Assembly (NCBI GenBank): GCA_964016885.1
Contig: OZ024744.1
Location: 114,390,001 to 114,454,000, forward strand
Direction of reading: 5' to 3'
Length of the DNA: 64,000 nt
From: Eledone cirrhosa
Taxonomy: Eukaryota
A model generated the notes under the pieces. It made no database searches, was not told where the DNA came from, and was given only the letters and a program-made list of their open reading frames with translations. This document shows, piece by piece, positions 39,260 through 51,943 of this stretch (within the stretch, counting starts at the first letter, position 1; the number at the start of each line of letters is the position of its first letter). The position numbers and the translations under genes are program-made.

Positions 39260-39862
39260 GCATAAATGTGCATGTGTGTCTACATATGTATATGTGCATG
39301 CATACATATATATATGTGTGTATGAATATGTATATGTAAGTATGTGTGTGTGAGTATGTGTGTGTATGTGTGTATATGCGTGTGTGTGTCTGTGTGTGTG
39401 TATGTGTATATATGTGTGTTTGTGCGTATGTGTATATATAAGTGTGCCTGTGTGTGTATGTGTGTATATGTACGTGTGTGTTTGTGTGTATGTGTATATA
39501 TATGTGTGTATGAATATGTATATGTAAGTATGTGTGTGTGAGTGTGTGTGTGTATGTGTGTATATGCGTGTGTGTCTGTGTGTGTATATGCGTGTGTGTC
39601 TGTGTGTGTGTGTATGTGTATATATGTGTGTTTGTGCGTATGTGTATATATAAGTGTGCCTGTGTGTGTATGTGTGTATACGTACGTGTGTGTGTGTGTG
39701 TGTGTTTGTGTGTATGTGTATACATACGTGTGTGTATGTGTATATAAAAGTGTGTGTGTGTATGTATATATATATATGTGTGTACGTGTGTGTCTGTGTG
39801 TATATGTATATATAAGTGTGTGTGTGTATGCCTGTATGTGTATATCTGTGTATATATATGTA
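39260..39862. repeat. Complex (TG/TA)n microsatellite with internal block duplications
   Basis: Directly visible. Confidence 0.9.
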
Positions 39863-39899
39863 TCTGATAAATTCCGACATCACACACTTTCACCTCTCT

Positions 39900-40382
39900 A
39901 AGACAATGTCACTGGACCTAGATCTTTGGTGCTACGCAGTAATACAGAAGACCCACCTTGCCTATGTACAAAGCGAAACGTAGTCAGTAGGCTCCTCTTA
40001 ACCAAATATACACCCCAATCCACTACCCCTACCCTATCCTCCCACTCCCACCAACAGCACCCTCTCTCTGTAAAGTTGGTACCACAACATCCAGTCCAAA
40101 TAAATGAGATAAATGAGATCGAGATCGTGTAGGTGTTACGAGAAAAACACACACAGTCCACGCTGTAATGTGGTTGTGTAGGTAATACAGTAAAAAGTTC
40201 TCAGTTCCACACTGTAAATGTGGTTGGTGTTAGGAAGGGCATCCAGCCGTAGTTAAACCTGCCAGATAGTCCTATACGAGGGAGACACGGTCACCCGTCC
40301 AACCTTGCCTCGAGTGGGACAACTCCCGTCTAACCCATGCTAGCGTGGACAGTGGACGTTAAACAAGGATGATGATGATGAT
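39900..40382 (+). mobile_element. Longer copy of the RTE-associated SINE-like element, (GAT)n tail
   Basis: Aligns with 38658-39148 and extends further 5'. Confidence 0.8.
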
Positions 40383-40441
40383 TTATCATTCATTAGCCCT
40401 GCCTATAAAACTGAATAACCCAGATAAAAGATGTTCCATAC

Positions 40442-40551
40442 CTGATGAATGCGGAGCCCCGATGATGACATCAGCTTTAAGTTTGTCTGTTAGTTCTACA
40501 ACCATTCCAATACCTTGAACAGGTTTCGCTGAGGTATCTTTTACAATAATT
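40442..40551 (-). CDS. Exon (phase 2/1) of the ANF-receptor-domain protein (absent from the ORF track)
   Basis: Acceptor tttatttatag|A, donor TCAG|gtatgg, 110 bp. Encodes IIVKDTSAKPVQGIGMVVELTDKLKADVIIGAPHSS and splices in frame (G+TA=Val) to the exon at 31780. D(V)IIG(P) motif present. Confidence 0.88.
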
Positions 40552-40777
40552 CTATAAATAAAACAAATTTTTAAAATATTAAATAATCAAAAATGTTTAT
40601 TTGTACTCTAACATAGCAATATAGATATAAATGTACGAATTGTATATTGAATAATATACGGGATGTTGATGAAAAGATTTGAAGGTCTTTCGCTATAAAT
40701 TTTAAAGTTGTGACCAATGACACACTATATATTAACTGAGGGCGTCTTATATTCTTGATAATTTTAATTTATTTCAA

Positions 40778-41395
40778 GGCATACGTCAAGACGGGCGGTC
40801 TCAAAAGTGAAAGTAAATTTATTTTCATTTTCGAACGTCGTGTTTACATTTTGTGTGTGTGTTCAAACGAAACATGCTGGCGACGAAGCTTCTTCTTTGC
40901 ACGGCTCCATGTGTTCTTTATGAGCTGTGTGTGCACATCAAGGTCCGCAGAATCTACAAAGTTCCGTTCGTGCACCACAACATCATGAACGTAAATCCCA
41001 CCTTCTACCTTCAATTTCCGAATAGGAAGCCCAACCATCGGAGATGATGCGGCTGCCTGGCAAAATCCCTGCTGAATGATGGGGACGAGAGTGTCAGAGC
41101 TTCGATTTGGGACTTCTGCAAGGCAGCAGCGTCTAGAATGGCGGACTCACCATTCTGCAAGCCTCATTACAAGATTACTTCGGTATTGAGTACTCTTCTC
41201 TCAACCGTCAACTACACACACACACACATATACATATATATATATATAATCAGTTAAAACGACAGAGGCTCTGATTCTGTCTTTAATCTCAGTAACTAAT
41301 TTAGATCTAAACACACACACAAAGTGTAAACACGACGTTCGAAAATGAAAATAAATTTACTTTCACTTTTGAGACCGCCCGTCTTGACGTATGCC
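40778..41395 (-). mobile_element. Merlin (IS1016/IS1595-like) DNA transposon deletion derivative
   Basis: ~70-bp TIRs beginning GGCATACGTCAAGACGGGCGG. 9-bp TSD TTATTTCAA at 40769-40777 and 41396-41404. Internal minus-strand peptides TLVPIIQ, ILPGSRIISDGWASY and HDVVVHERNFVD..VHTQLIKNTW. Confidence 0.9.
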
Positions 41396-41637
41396 TTATT
41401 TCAATATTGCTAGGGCTTGGCTCCTTCAACACATACACACACACAAACACATACACACACACACACACATTCACACACATACACTCACACACATACGCTC
41501 ACACAAGCAAACACTCACAAAAGTGTAGCCAATCTAAGAACTCTTGTTTAAAATAATTATTTCAGACACACATCTACACAAACATACACATAAACAGACT
41601 CAGAAAATATTTATTACATACACACACATATGTGTGA

Positions 41638-41865
<228 letters not shown>

Positions 41866-41977
41866 ATGAGTAACACAGCTGTAGCGAACGCTGTTCTCTG
41901 TTTTCTATAGTTTGTCACAGCCCCCTCCCTTCCACACTCATCACATAGATGTGTGTGTATATAATTATTATTTTGTA

Positions 41978-42436
41978 CCAGCAGAAAACCACCCGAAGGT
42001 TGCATATTGATATTATACACAAGTATATATACATGTAGATATGATACATCAAATACAATTGTAATTGACAATATCCACAGAAATTGAACGAAGTCTGTTC
42101 CACTGTCTTATGTAATCAGTAACGTAATCCATGATTTAAAAAAAGACGATATTATATATAAACTGCATTAGGAGAAAATTAGCGACGGAAATATATGAAT
42201 GTTTATTTAAGTGATCACTAACCGGAAGTGTTGACATTTGAAAATTTTAAAGAAGTGAATTTTGAAATAAGCAACAATATTATTTATATTTAATCAAGAA
42301 TAACGAAAGTCAGTAGATAAATTATGTAATATTCATTCATTATTTATTCAAAGTAATCCAGCTTATTTTACAAACGGGATTAAAAAGAATATATTCTGGA
42401 CGCAGTCCCGCACTCCTTACTTTATTATAGTTAAGA
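41978..42436 (-). mobile_element. Second copy of the 19217-19900 Helitron-like element, lacking the SINE
   Basis: Reverse complement begins TCTTAACTATAATAAAG and ends ACCTTCGGGTGGTTTTCTGCTGG|T. Contains a single TACTTTGAATAAATAAT. Confidence 0.7.
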
Positions 42437-42622
42437 TAATTGTTTCTACTTTAGGCACAAGGCCAGCAATTACCCAGTGCATTACTGGTACTTTATTTTA
42501 TCGACCCCGTAAGGATGAAAGGCAAAGTCAACCTCGTCGGGATTTGAACTCAGATCGTAAAGGGACGTAACTATGCTGGAAAGCATGGCGTCCGACCCTC
42601 TACCAATACTGCCAATCCACAT
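42437..42622 (-). mobile_element. Full-length tRNA-derived SINE
   Basis: Highly similar to 19311-19492. Confidence 0.9.
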
Positions 42623-42649
42623 GCATATGTATTTATATTTAGATACTGA

Positions 42650-45278
42650 AACATAGATGAGTTACATTCCTTTGCTTGACGTACAAAAATACAAGGGTAG
42701 TAGATTGTAAGTACCCCAAAACAAACATGGAATCAACAACGCGTGCTATAGGTTGCCATGCTACTAGACTTCCTAGGAGCCATGTCAAACAGTGAGTTGA
42801 AACAACTATGCCTGTAAGTAATTTGACACCACGTGTACCATCTGAGTCTACCTCGACTATTGTGGAAAATACTATCGATAATGATAATAATCAAAAGTAT
42901 AAACAATTGAAATTTTCCCTCAACGAAATGTTCCAGATGAACGCATTAAAACAACAATATTTACTAAAAAAAAAACAACAAATAATGAAATATTAGGTGT
43001 TATTGACGAAATAGGGGGTGAATATTTACGACGGATAAAAACCCCAACATTTTGGCAAATCAACGCCTGTTTATATGCCTTAGCAACGACAGTGAAGCAT
43101 TATCTTGGTGATAGCAGAGATATTAACAAGAACAAAACACCACCAAAAATACCATCATATGTAAGTAAAATGAAAAAAAAGATTGCTGACCTACGAAAAA
43201 CCATAGGATATGTGATAATGCTCCTTACATGTAAACAAACACAAAAAAACCTCACTCCTCACCACCAAAGAGTGAAAAATAAAATAGAGACGGTGTTTGG
43301 TGACAGTACAATCAGAACTCTTCAATATAAGCTGATCAACATCAAACAATTATTGAGAGCTGTTAGCGAAAAACGCCGATACCTGAGGAAGGTAGATGAA
43401 AGAAAATTGCTTACTAAAAGATTCAGAGGAAACCAAACATCAGTCTATAGAGATATGAAGGGCAAAGTAATAAGTGTCACTGAGGCCCCATCCCAGAAAG
43501 ACATAGATTCCTTTTGGAGAAAAATATGGGGTGAAAAGAAGAATTTCAACCAAGATGCAGTGTGGCTAAAAGAAATCCGAAAGTACTATTGCTCCTACAC
43601 TACAACAAAAACATACGAAATAAGTGAGGTTACCCTTGAGACTGTGATAGGAAAACTCCAAGCTAAGAAAACACCAGGAAGAGACATGATTGTTGGCTAC
43701 TGGTACAAAAAACTGATATTCTATCGGAGGTAACTTACTGACCTCTACCAACAAGTTCTTAAGGGAGATACACTTATACCAGAATGGCAACCCATTGCAT
43801 ACCAGAACCTGATGAATGAGATGTATACAGCCTGCCTAAACCTATTCCCCCAAGATCACTGTGAAAATAATAACATCATCACAGATGAACAAGCAGTTGA
43901 TGTTAGAACTTCAAAAATACTAAACAACACCATGAACTTCCACATCAACAGTGACATAGACCGCCTTTACTTGAGACGTAAGCAGAGCGGCAGAGGCCTA
44001 GCTAGCATCAGTCCAGACAGCATTTCAATGTCACATGATATGCCTCTGACAACATCTACAAACCTCGAAGCGTAGGAGCCGGTCTCTCGAGCAAGTCTAT
44101 CTGCATGAAACAGATAAGATCATGAGAGTTAGGAAGGAACTCCTCGAGAGATATTCCCTGTGTGATAATCAAAAACTCACACCAGGGAAGTCGCTCAGCA
44201 GTATCGCAGTGAATCCATGGATGAAAAACTGCATGCTTATCAGCAAAAATTCATGCATGGATATGTTGCCAGGAAGCTCCAGAGTGAGAGTAATATAGAT
44301 AAGGAAAGTAGTCTATCTTGGACCAACAACCGCTATATTGGCTCCCACTTTGAAGGATACGTTTTTGCAATCCAAGAACAGGAAATTAACACGAAATACA
44401 TGATTCATAAAAGAGATATGGATGCAGGCAAAACACCTAGATGTGACAACAAGTGCAGACTCTGCAGAATTAACATCGAAGATGTCACCCATGTCATCAG
44501 CAGCTGTCCAAAGATGTCATTGCAGTACTATTTACCTATGAAGCATGATGTAGTGGCCAAAACACTGTACAATGCAATCCGTAGAAAAGATAGCCCCGAT
44601 AATAAACACATTAAAAGCTACAGCAATGTGGAAGACATCCATGTACATAATATAAAAGAGTACTGGTGGAATGTTCCAGTAAAAACCCCAATAAAATGCA
44701 GGCATAACAGACCAGATATTATGATATGGGACAGGGAAAAGAAGGCATGCACAGTAGTGGAAATTAGCTGCCCAGCAGATGCCAATATAATATCAAAGAT
44801 TAGTGAAAAGGAGAATATTTATGGAGAACTGATCAGAAATCTGCAGATACTCCACCCTGATTACACCTTCAGATTTATGCCTGTGATTGTTGGGGCACTG
44901 GGGTATGTTAGTAACTGCCTCAATACAAATCTTGAGAAGCTAGGTTTCACAGGAACAGAAAGAACACAACTAGTTATGAAATTACAAATACAATCCATTA
45001 ATGGAACAGTAAAAATATGTAAAACATTCCAAAAAATTTACATCTAATAACTGCATATACACATGTACAGGTACAAAGCATATACACATGCACACATACA
45101 ACTCAACACATACACATCCACACATACAATAACATCCATATCTACATATGCATGCATGCAGACATAATCTACCTATTTGATGTTGTGTCAATTCCTATGA
45201 GAGAGTCTTGTGTCTATGTTAGAAACCGACTCTCTCTCTATTGGTAAAAATATGTGAAATTATAAAACCAGAAGAACA
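42650..45278 (+). mobile_element. R4-type family A copy retaining more 5' sequence but with the RT core deleted; (CATA)n tail
   Basis: Aligns to 26775-29735. The join GAACAAGCAG|TTGATGTTAGA near 43896 skips ~850 bp. CCHC, RPD and PVIVGALG motifs at 44217-45047. 5' boundary approximate. Confidence 0.88.
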
Positions 45279-45328
45279 CATACATACATACATACATACA
45301 TACATACATACATACATACATACATACA

Positions 45329-45362
<34 letters not shown>

Positions 45363-45735
45363 CATACATAAGTAGGTAGGGAAAACCTATAATGGTTGAG
45401 TGAGTGGTGGATGTGGTGGTGGTGGTGAAGGAATAAGTACAGAATACAAACTGGTGTAGTTTTAAATAAAATATAAAGGATAGATAAAACATATAAAGGA
45501 TTAAATGACGATTATAGAAATATGGAATTATGAAATAGAGAGTTGTAATGTAAGATGTGAGGGTGAGGAAATGTGTGGTAATGGTGGGATGACTGGCAGG
45601 GCAGTAAGTAATGGTAGGATGGGGTGTTGGACAAGTAAATATAACGAATGAAAGATGACAAGTTGAAAATAATATAAACATAAAATATAATAAAATATAA
45701 AGTTTACGCAGATATAAAGATGGATATAAAGATAA

Positions 45736-45837
45736 TTGTTTCTACTTTTGGCACAAGGCCAACAATTACCCAGTTCATTACTGGTACTTTACTTTATCGA
45801 CCCCGTAAGGATGAAAGGTAAAGTTAACCTCGGCGGG
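45736..45837 (-). mobile_element. 5'-truncated SINE with TSD TAAAGATAAT
   Basis: Same SINE family; TSD flanks it. Confidence 0.85.
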
Positions 45838-46715
45838 TAAAGATAATGAAATATAGAATTATGGAGACTTCCTTCTGCAGCAACCTAGTGCAGTCTGCAA
45901 CTAACCCAGGCTCTACTATACTTCAGGCTGAGGAGGGTAAACTCTCCAAATATTGGTCCTTCTCCGACAGGTTTGCAGTTGAGTCCATAACAGTGGAGAT
46001 TTTTAGTGTCCTTGACCCTAGGACCACCTCCCTACTCACCACCAGCAGCACATAATTGGCTACCCACAAGTGTGAGACTCGCAAGCTGGAATTGGCTACT
46101 CTTCCAATGTGTCTCACTCACCATCATCTGGGGAAACACCTTTTCTATTCTGTCTGCCATGTGGGCCCCCATTTGTTCATACTAGTGAGAGAGTGGGGTG
46201 CAGGAGAGAGACGGGGGCAGTGAGTGAAAGAGAGAGAACATCAATGCACACACACACACACACAAGCATATTAAAGAATACCTCAAATATCAATTGTTTA
46301 TCTCCCTTTAATGTTCGACTAGTTTATCTCCCTTTAATGTTCGACTAGTTTATCTTCCTTTAATGTTCGTCTTAATCAAATATATGCTGTGTTATAGTGA
46401 AATAAATGAAATTTAAGAGTAGTGAAATGTATGGAACAAATTCATTTGATGCTTGGTTACCTACAAGGCTCTAGACTGAATGGTGGGGTACACATCGTTA
46501 TCATATAGGTAATCCATGGAGTAGTGTGTTCTCCAGTATGTGGTTGGTGTTGTCCAGTAAGTAGATATGTAAGAAGTGACTCAAGCTGAACATTTTTGTA
46601 TATAAAGAGGAGGACAATGTTTCACCCGGAGAGTTCATATCATCTTCTTCACATTGCCCCCCCCCCCCACTACCATCTTTTCCATTCTATTTTCATCCTA
46701 TTAATTTCTCCTCTT

Positions 46716-46821
46716 CAAATCCCGCCGAGGTTAACTTTGCCTTTCATCCTTATGGGGTCGATAAAATAAAGTACCAGTAATGTACTGGGTAATTGCTGGC
46801 CTTGTGCCAAAAGTAGAAACA
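46716..46821 (+). mobile_element. 5'-truncated SINE with ~19-bp TSD
   Basis: TSD ATTAATTTCTCCTCTTCAA at ~46700 and ~46822. Confidence 0.88.
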
Positions 46822-47248
46822 ATTAATTTCTCCTCTTCAATTAATCGCGCCCTCCCCCTGAGTCTTCCCTTTTTTTTGTACTTATAGTCTTGCACCTGTC
46901 TGTAATCCCTGGCTATGCTACACATGCATCTAACCTTTTTAAAATATGGCTTTTAAATATATTTTTTAAAAATATATTTTAAAAATTTATATTTGAAACG
47001 CATGTTTTTTCTCTTATTAACTTTCTCAACTATTTATGATTTTCACTGTTCTTAATTTATCTGTAACAGCATGTTTTTATTTATTTTTTTATTGAATTAT
47101 CTGCTCCTATTTTTCATGTTTTTTCCTGCCTCTGTTATCTTATATAAATGTTGATACTTATGCTTATCTAGCCTCCCATTTTATATATCCTCCTAATGGT
47201 CTTGTGACAAAGTTCTGATATTATATTTGTGTTTAACTTTTGTTATCA

Positions 47249-47293
47249 ACTCCAATGAATCCAGCCTTGTGCTAGGATGAAACGATTGTAAGT
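47249..47293 (+). ncRNA. Degenerate minimal type I hammerhead-like motif, probably a Penelope-like element terminus
   Basis: ACT-CCAATGA-ATCC..GGAT-GAAA-C gatt G-TA-AGT; the core is mutated relative to CUGAUGA. Confidence 0.5.
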
Positions 47294-47878
47294 GATTAAA
47301 GGTTTGAATGATTAAACACTCTTTGATTATCATTTGCATTGTATTTCAGCACGGTAGTATACTTGTTATTTTACTGGGTGATAATAAATATATTTTTATA
47401 TAGCTATACATATATATTTTGTTTTCTATTTATTTATTTATTTATTTATTAGAACAGATTAAATGTTATAGCAAATTTTTGCTCTCACCCTAAAGCAGAA
47501 AAATCTGAAATTGATCTGTAGTCACAGAATATTTAAAAACAATTGTGACCAAATATTGCCTTTAGAAAACAGTAAGACATAACAGCAATATGTGAAGACA
47601 TTCTCTTGAGATGAGCAAAATATATGCAAGGATAATTACATCATTATGTGGAGCAAGAACAAATTCTTGCTATAAAGAAAATCAGGGGACTAATAGTTTA
47701 TAGAATAGTCGAATATTCTCTATCTACCATATATGGAAAATGATATTAATAGAAATAATATAGTTAAACATAAAGATCCTAATGTTATTAATAATAGTAT
47801 TAATAATGATAATGACAGCAATAATAATAATAGTAATAATAATAATAACAACTATAATGGTAATAAGAATAGTTATAA

Positions 47879-47960
47879 TAATTGTTTCTACTTTTGGCAC
47901 AAGGCCAGCAATTACCCCAGTGCATTATTGGTACTTTATTTCATCGACCCCGTAAAGGGG
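47879..47960 (-). mobile_element. Truncated SINE inside a (TAA)n microsatellite region (47770-48015)
   Basis: SINE 3' end and core visible. Confidence 0.8.
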
Positions 47961-47989
47961 CGTAAAAATAGTAATAATAATAATAGTAG

Positions 47990-48020
<31 letters not shown>

Positions 48021-48299
48021 TATAGATAGACTCAAAAGAAAAAAGAAAAAACAAACAACAAAACCAAAGCAGCACAGCAACAACAGCAAAAAACGAGAAA
48101 AACAAACAAAGAAAAACAAAAACAAAAAACGTAAAGAAAATAAGAATGAAGAGAGAAGCACGAGGACGGACAGAGAAGAGGGGGGAAAAACTAAAAACTA
48201 AAAAAACAAAAACTAAGTCAGACATTCGAACACTACATTACAATGAAACTTATGCTTATTCATTTTTGGGGCCCTTTCTGCCTGTGTGTTTGTTTGTTT

Positions 48300-51200
48300 A
48301 TGTGTGTTCGTATACAGCGTGGTGATAATGCCACACAAGGGCCAAGTGGAATGGCGGATCCACAGATGGCTATGTAACCATACATTCGCCAATCCTCGAT
48401 AAGAGTGTTTAAATATCGAACATAAACAGTTCGAATAACGGTGAAATGGAGACTAGAACGTCATGTGACAGACTCTCACCCAACAGGTGCCCCCTGGCTC
48501 AGCAGCAGGAACCTGACTGTCAACCAAATACTGCTGATGTTGGAGGAAGAAGAAGAAGGAAAGGGGCCAGAACCAACTGGACGAAAGAATTGAATAGAAC
48601 TGTTATGCAATGTTACCTGAAAAGTAACCCCAAGGAGAGGGGCTACAGGAGACGGATGCATAACATCTGGAACGAGATTGGTCTATTTAAATTAGATGAA
48701 CAAAAATTGGCCGGGCAGGCTCGGGTAATAAGAACTAATGGGTGGATAAGCGAGCTGGAACTGGAGGAACTGAGCAGAGATAATGGCTTGGAGATGGCGG
48801 GTGTAGTATGCCAGACAAGCGAGCCAGTGGGAAATGAAGGTGAAGAGGTCCTGAGAACGGAGGAACCACCCGAAGCAGACAATGATCTGAATACTGGGAT
48901 AAATAATACCTGGAACAGAGATACGGCCACTGAGGAGATGAATGCTGACGGGCTAGGACAAGATTCGGTTGACATCCTAAATTTAGTGGTAGATGAATTG
49001 AACAATGATAGTGGGAGACCTATGAACCTAAGATTTGTAGACAGGAAAAAGTTAAAAGAAACAACAGCTAAGGTAAACAAAGTCATCCCATACCTTGAGG
49101 CGAGGAGCCTTCACCAGTGCGACAATATCCTCAAAGCAACAGCAAATACGGTGAGGAAACTACTTGGTATAAAAGCGAGAGGAAACAACAGACAAGAAAG
49201 AGCAGAGCCGTGGTGGAAGAAACGACTGAGTGGTCAAATCGGGGAAATGAGAAATGACATAGGAAAGCTTGAGTCACTGCTGAATGGGACACTAAAAAAC
49301 ATAGGCACTAAAAATAGACTGGAAATAAAGTACAAAACTAGGAGGAAAAAGCTAAATATTATCATAGAGGAACTGAAGCAGCGCATTGTAGCAAAGAGTG
49401 CAAAAATCAGGCGATACGAGAACAGAGTCAGTCAGTATAAACAGAACCGCATGTTCGACAACAACCAGAAGATGCTGTTTGGACAGCTTGAGGGGAAAGA
49501 AAGAGGCAACGACTTGATCCCTGGGGCGGAGCAAACTAAAACATTCTGGAGAGGAATATGGGAGAAGGATGTTAGACATAATGTCCAGGCAGGGTGGATT
49601 GAGACAGTACAGAGGGAGATCGGTGAGCAGGCACACCAACAAACTGATTTGAGTATCACAGTTGAAACTCTTAAGGGGCAGGCCAAAAAACTAACCAACT
49701 GGAAATCACCAGACCCAGATGGTGTGCAGGGGTATTGGATTAAAAATTTAACATCCCTCCACTCGAAGCTGACGGCCATGGTCAATGACTGCTTGGTGTC
49801 GGGTGAGGTGCCAGAGTGGTTGACAAAAGGTACCACAGTTCTGATAATGAAAAACCGAATCAAGGGTAATGATGTTACCAACTATAGACCTATCACATGT
49901 CTGTCCGTAATGTGGAAACTGTTGACGAGCATTGTGTCTGAGGAAATCTACCATCACCTCCACACAAACAACTTGTTACCGGACGAACAGAAAGGATGCC
50001 GAAAGAAGTCACGTGGTACAAAGGACCAGTTACTTATTGATAAGATGGTAATGGGGAATTGCAGGAGGAGACACACTGATCTTGCCATGGGATGGATAGA
50101 CTACAGAAAGGCATTTGACATGGTGCCTCATTCTTGGATCACCAAAAGCCTGGAGATCTTCAAGGTGGCAGATAACATCAGACAGTTGTTGGGCAAGAGT
50201 ATGAGGTCCTGGGAAACAGAGTTGACATCAACTGGAGAATCCTTGGGAAGCGTGAAGATCAAGAGAGGTATCTTCCAGGGAGATAGCCTGTCCCCTCTGT
50301 TGTTTGTCCTTGCCCTGATGCCCTTGACCATTATGCTGCGAAAAGTGAGAGCAGGATACAAGTTGGGAAAGGGAGAGCTTACCATCAATCACCTCCTCTT
50401 CATGGACGATCTTAAGCTCTTCGGGAAAGGTGAGAAGGAGTTGGATGTGCTTGTTGACACTGTCCGTATTTTCAGCAGTGATATATGTATGCAGTTTGGT
50501 ATTGATAAATGTGGAGTCATTGTGATGAGGAGGGGTAGGTTGAGCAGAAGTAACGGGATCCAGATACCAACAGGTGAGATGATAAAGGAAATTGACTCTG
50601 AGGAAGGATACAAGTATTTGGGCGTTCTGGAGGCTGATGGCATAAAGAACAAAAAAATGAAGGAATTGTTAAGAACTGAATACATTCGGAGAGTAAGGAG
50701 CGTATTGAAGTCACATCTGAACAGCAGAAATGCCATAAGCGCAGTAAATTCCCGAGCTGTGTCTATTATTAGGTACAGTGCGGGAATTCTGAGATGGAAT
50801 GTTGCTGAACAAAAAGAAATGGATAGGAAGACTAGGAAGCTATTGACTATCTACAACATGTTCCACAAGAGGAGTGATGTCGATAGACTCTACCTAAGGA
50901 GATCTGAGGGTGGAAGAGGTCTTATCAGCATAGAGGACTGTGTTCAGATGGAGAAAAACAACCAATACAAATACGTGACCTATAGTAAGGAGCCAGTGCT
51001 CAGAACTGTACTGAAGGAGGGGACAGTAGGCCAGGGGATGTCCAAGGAGGAAATAACATCAAGGAGGAAGAGCAGCCTTAAGGGAAAATCCCTTCATAGT
51101 ACGTTCTTTGAGAAAACTGAATTTAGAGATCCACAGACATGGAACTGGTTGAGAAGAGGAGACCTCAAAAAGGCTACAGAAGGAATGCTAATGGCTGCGC

Positions 51201-51943
51201 AGGAGCAGGCCCTCAAAACGAAGTGGTTGAAGCACCATATTTACAAGGAGGAGGCTAGCCCACTGTGCAGGATCTGTGGAGAGAGAGAGGAGACTGTGGC
51301 TCACATTGTGTCCGAGTGTAAACACCTAGCCCAGACCCACTATAAGGGCTGGAGATACGATGTGATGGGCAGGGTGATCCACTGGCACCTGTGCAAAGTA
51401 AACAATTTACCACATTCTGAGAAATGGTATGAGCATAGGCCAGAGGCGGTGATGGAGAACAATCAGGTGAAGGTGCTGTGGGATTTTAGGATACAGACGG
51501 ACAAAAAAACTGGAACACAATAGACCTGACCTGGTGGTTGTGGACAAAGAAAAAAGATCGTGTCTGATTGTAGATGTGGCCTGCCCTTTCGACACGAGAG
51601 TGCAAGAGAAGGAGAGGGAGAAAATTAACCGATACCAGGACCTAAAGTGGGAGGTGAAAAGGATTTGGAACTGCCATGAAGTCAAAGTGATCCCGATTGT
51701 CATAGGCGCACTGGGGACTATCTCCAAAAGTTTCCAGGGATGGTTAAAGAAAATCGGCCCCTTCACGCTTTTTGGAACGCTTCAAAAGGCATGCTTGCTT
51801 GGAACAGCAAGAACCCTCCGATACGTCCTGAATATCTGAGGCTGCGGGTAGTGGCTTGATATTCATTCCAACGGACTTTCCAGTTAACCAACATCAATGA
51901 CTGAGATTCAAGGAATAATAACAATAATAATAATAATAATAAT
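48300..51943 (+). mobile_element. R4/Dong-type RLE retrotransposon family B, near full length, (TAA)n tail
   Basis: Single long ORF, structured leader, short 3' UTR and AATAATAACAATAATAAT tail. 5' boundary approximate. Confidence 0.92.
48446..51839 (+). CDS. RT-RLE polyprotein (~1130 aa if the one-base frameshift in A7 at 51503-51509 is corrected)
   Basis: WKSPDPDGV, NYRPITCL, GIFQGDSLSP, LLFMDDLKL, CRIC..HIVSEC, then in the shifted frame HNRPD..IVDVACP..EKINRYQDL..PIVIGALG. Confidence 0.9.

Noticed and set aside
45846-47700. Candidate first exon(s) of the receptor gene (segments near 45.9-46.1, 46.4-46.7 and 47.5-47.7 kb)
   Set aside because: Some splice-like signals are present, but there is no convincing signal peptide or domain motif and stops intervene. 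Could be UTR exons but unsupported.
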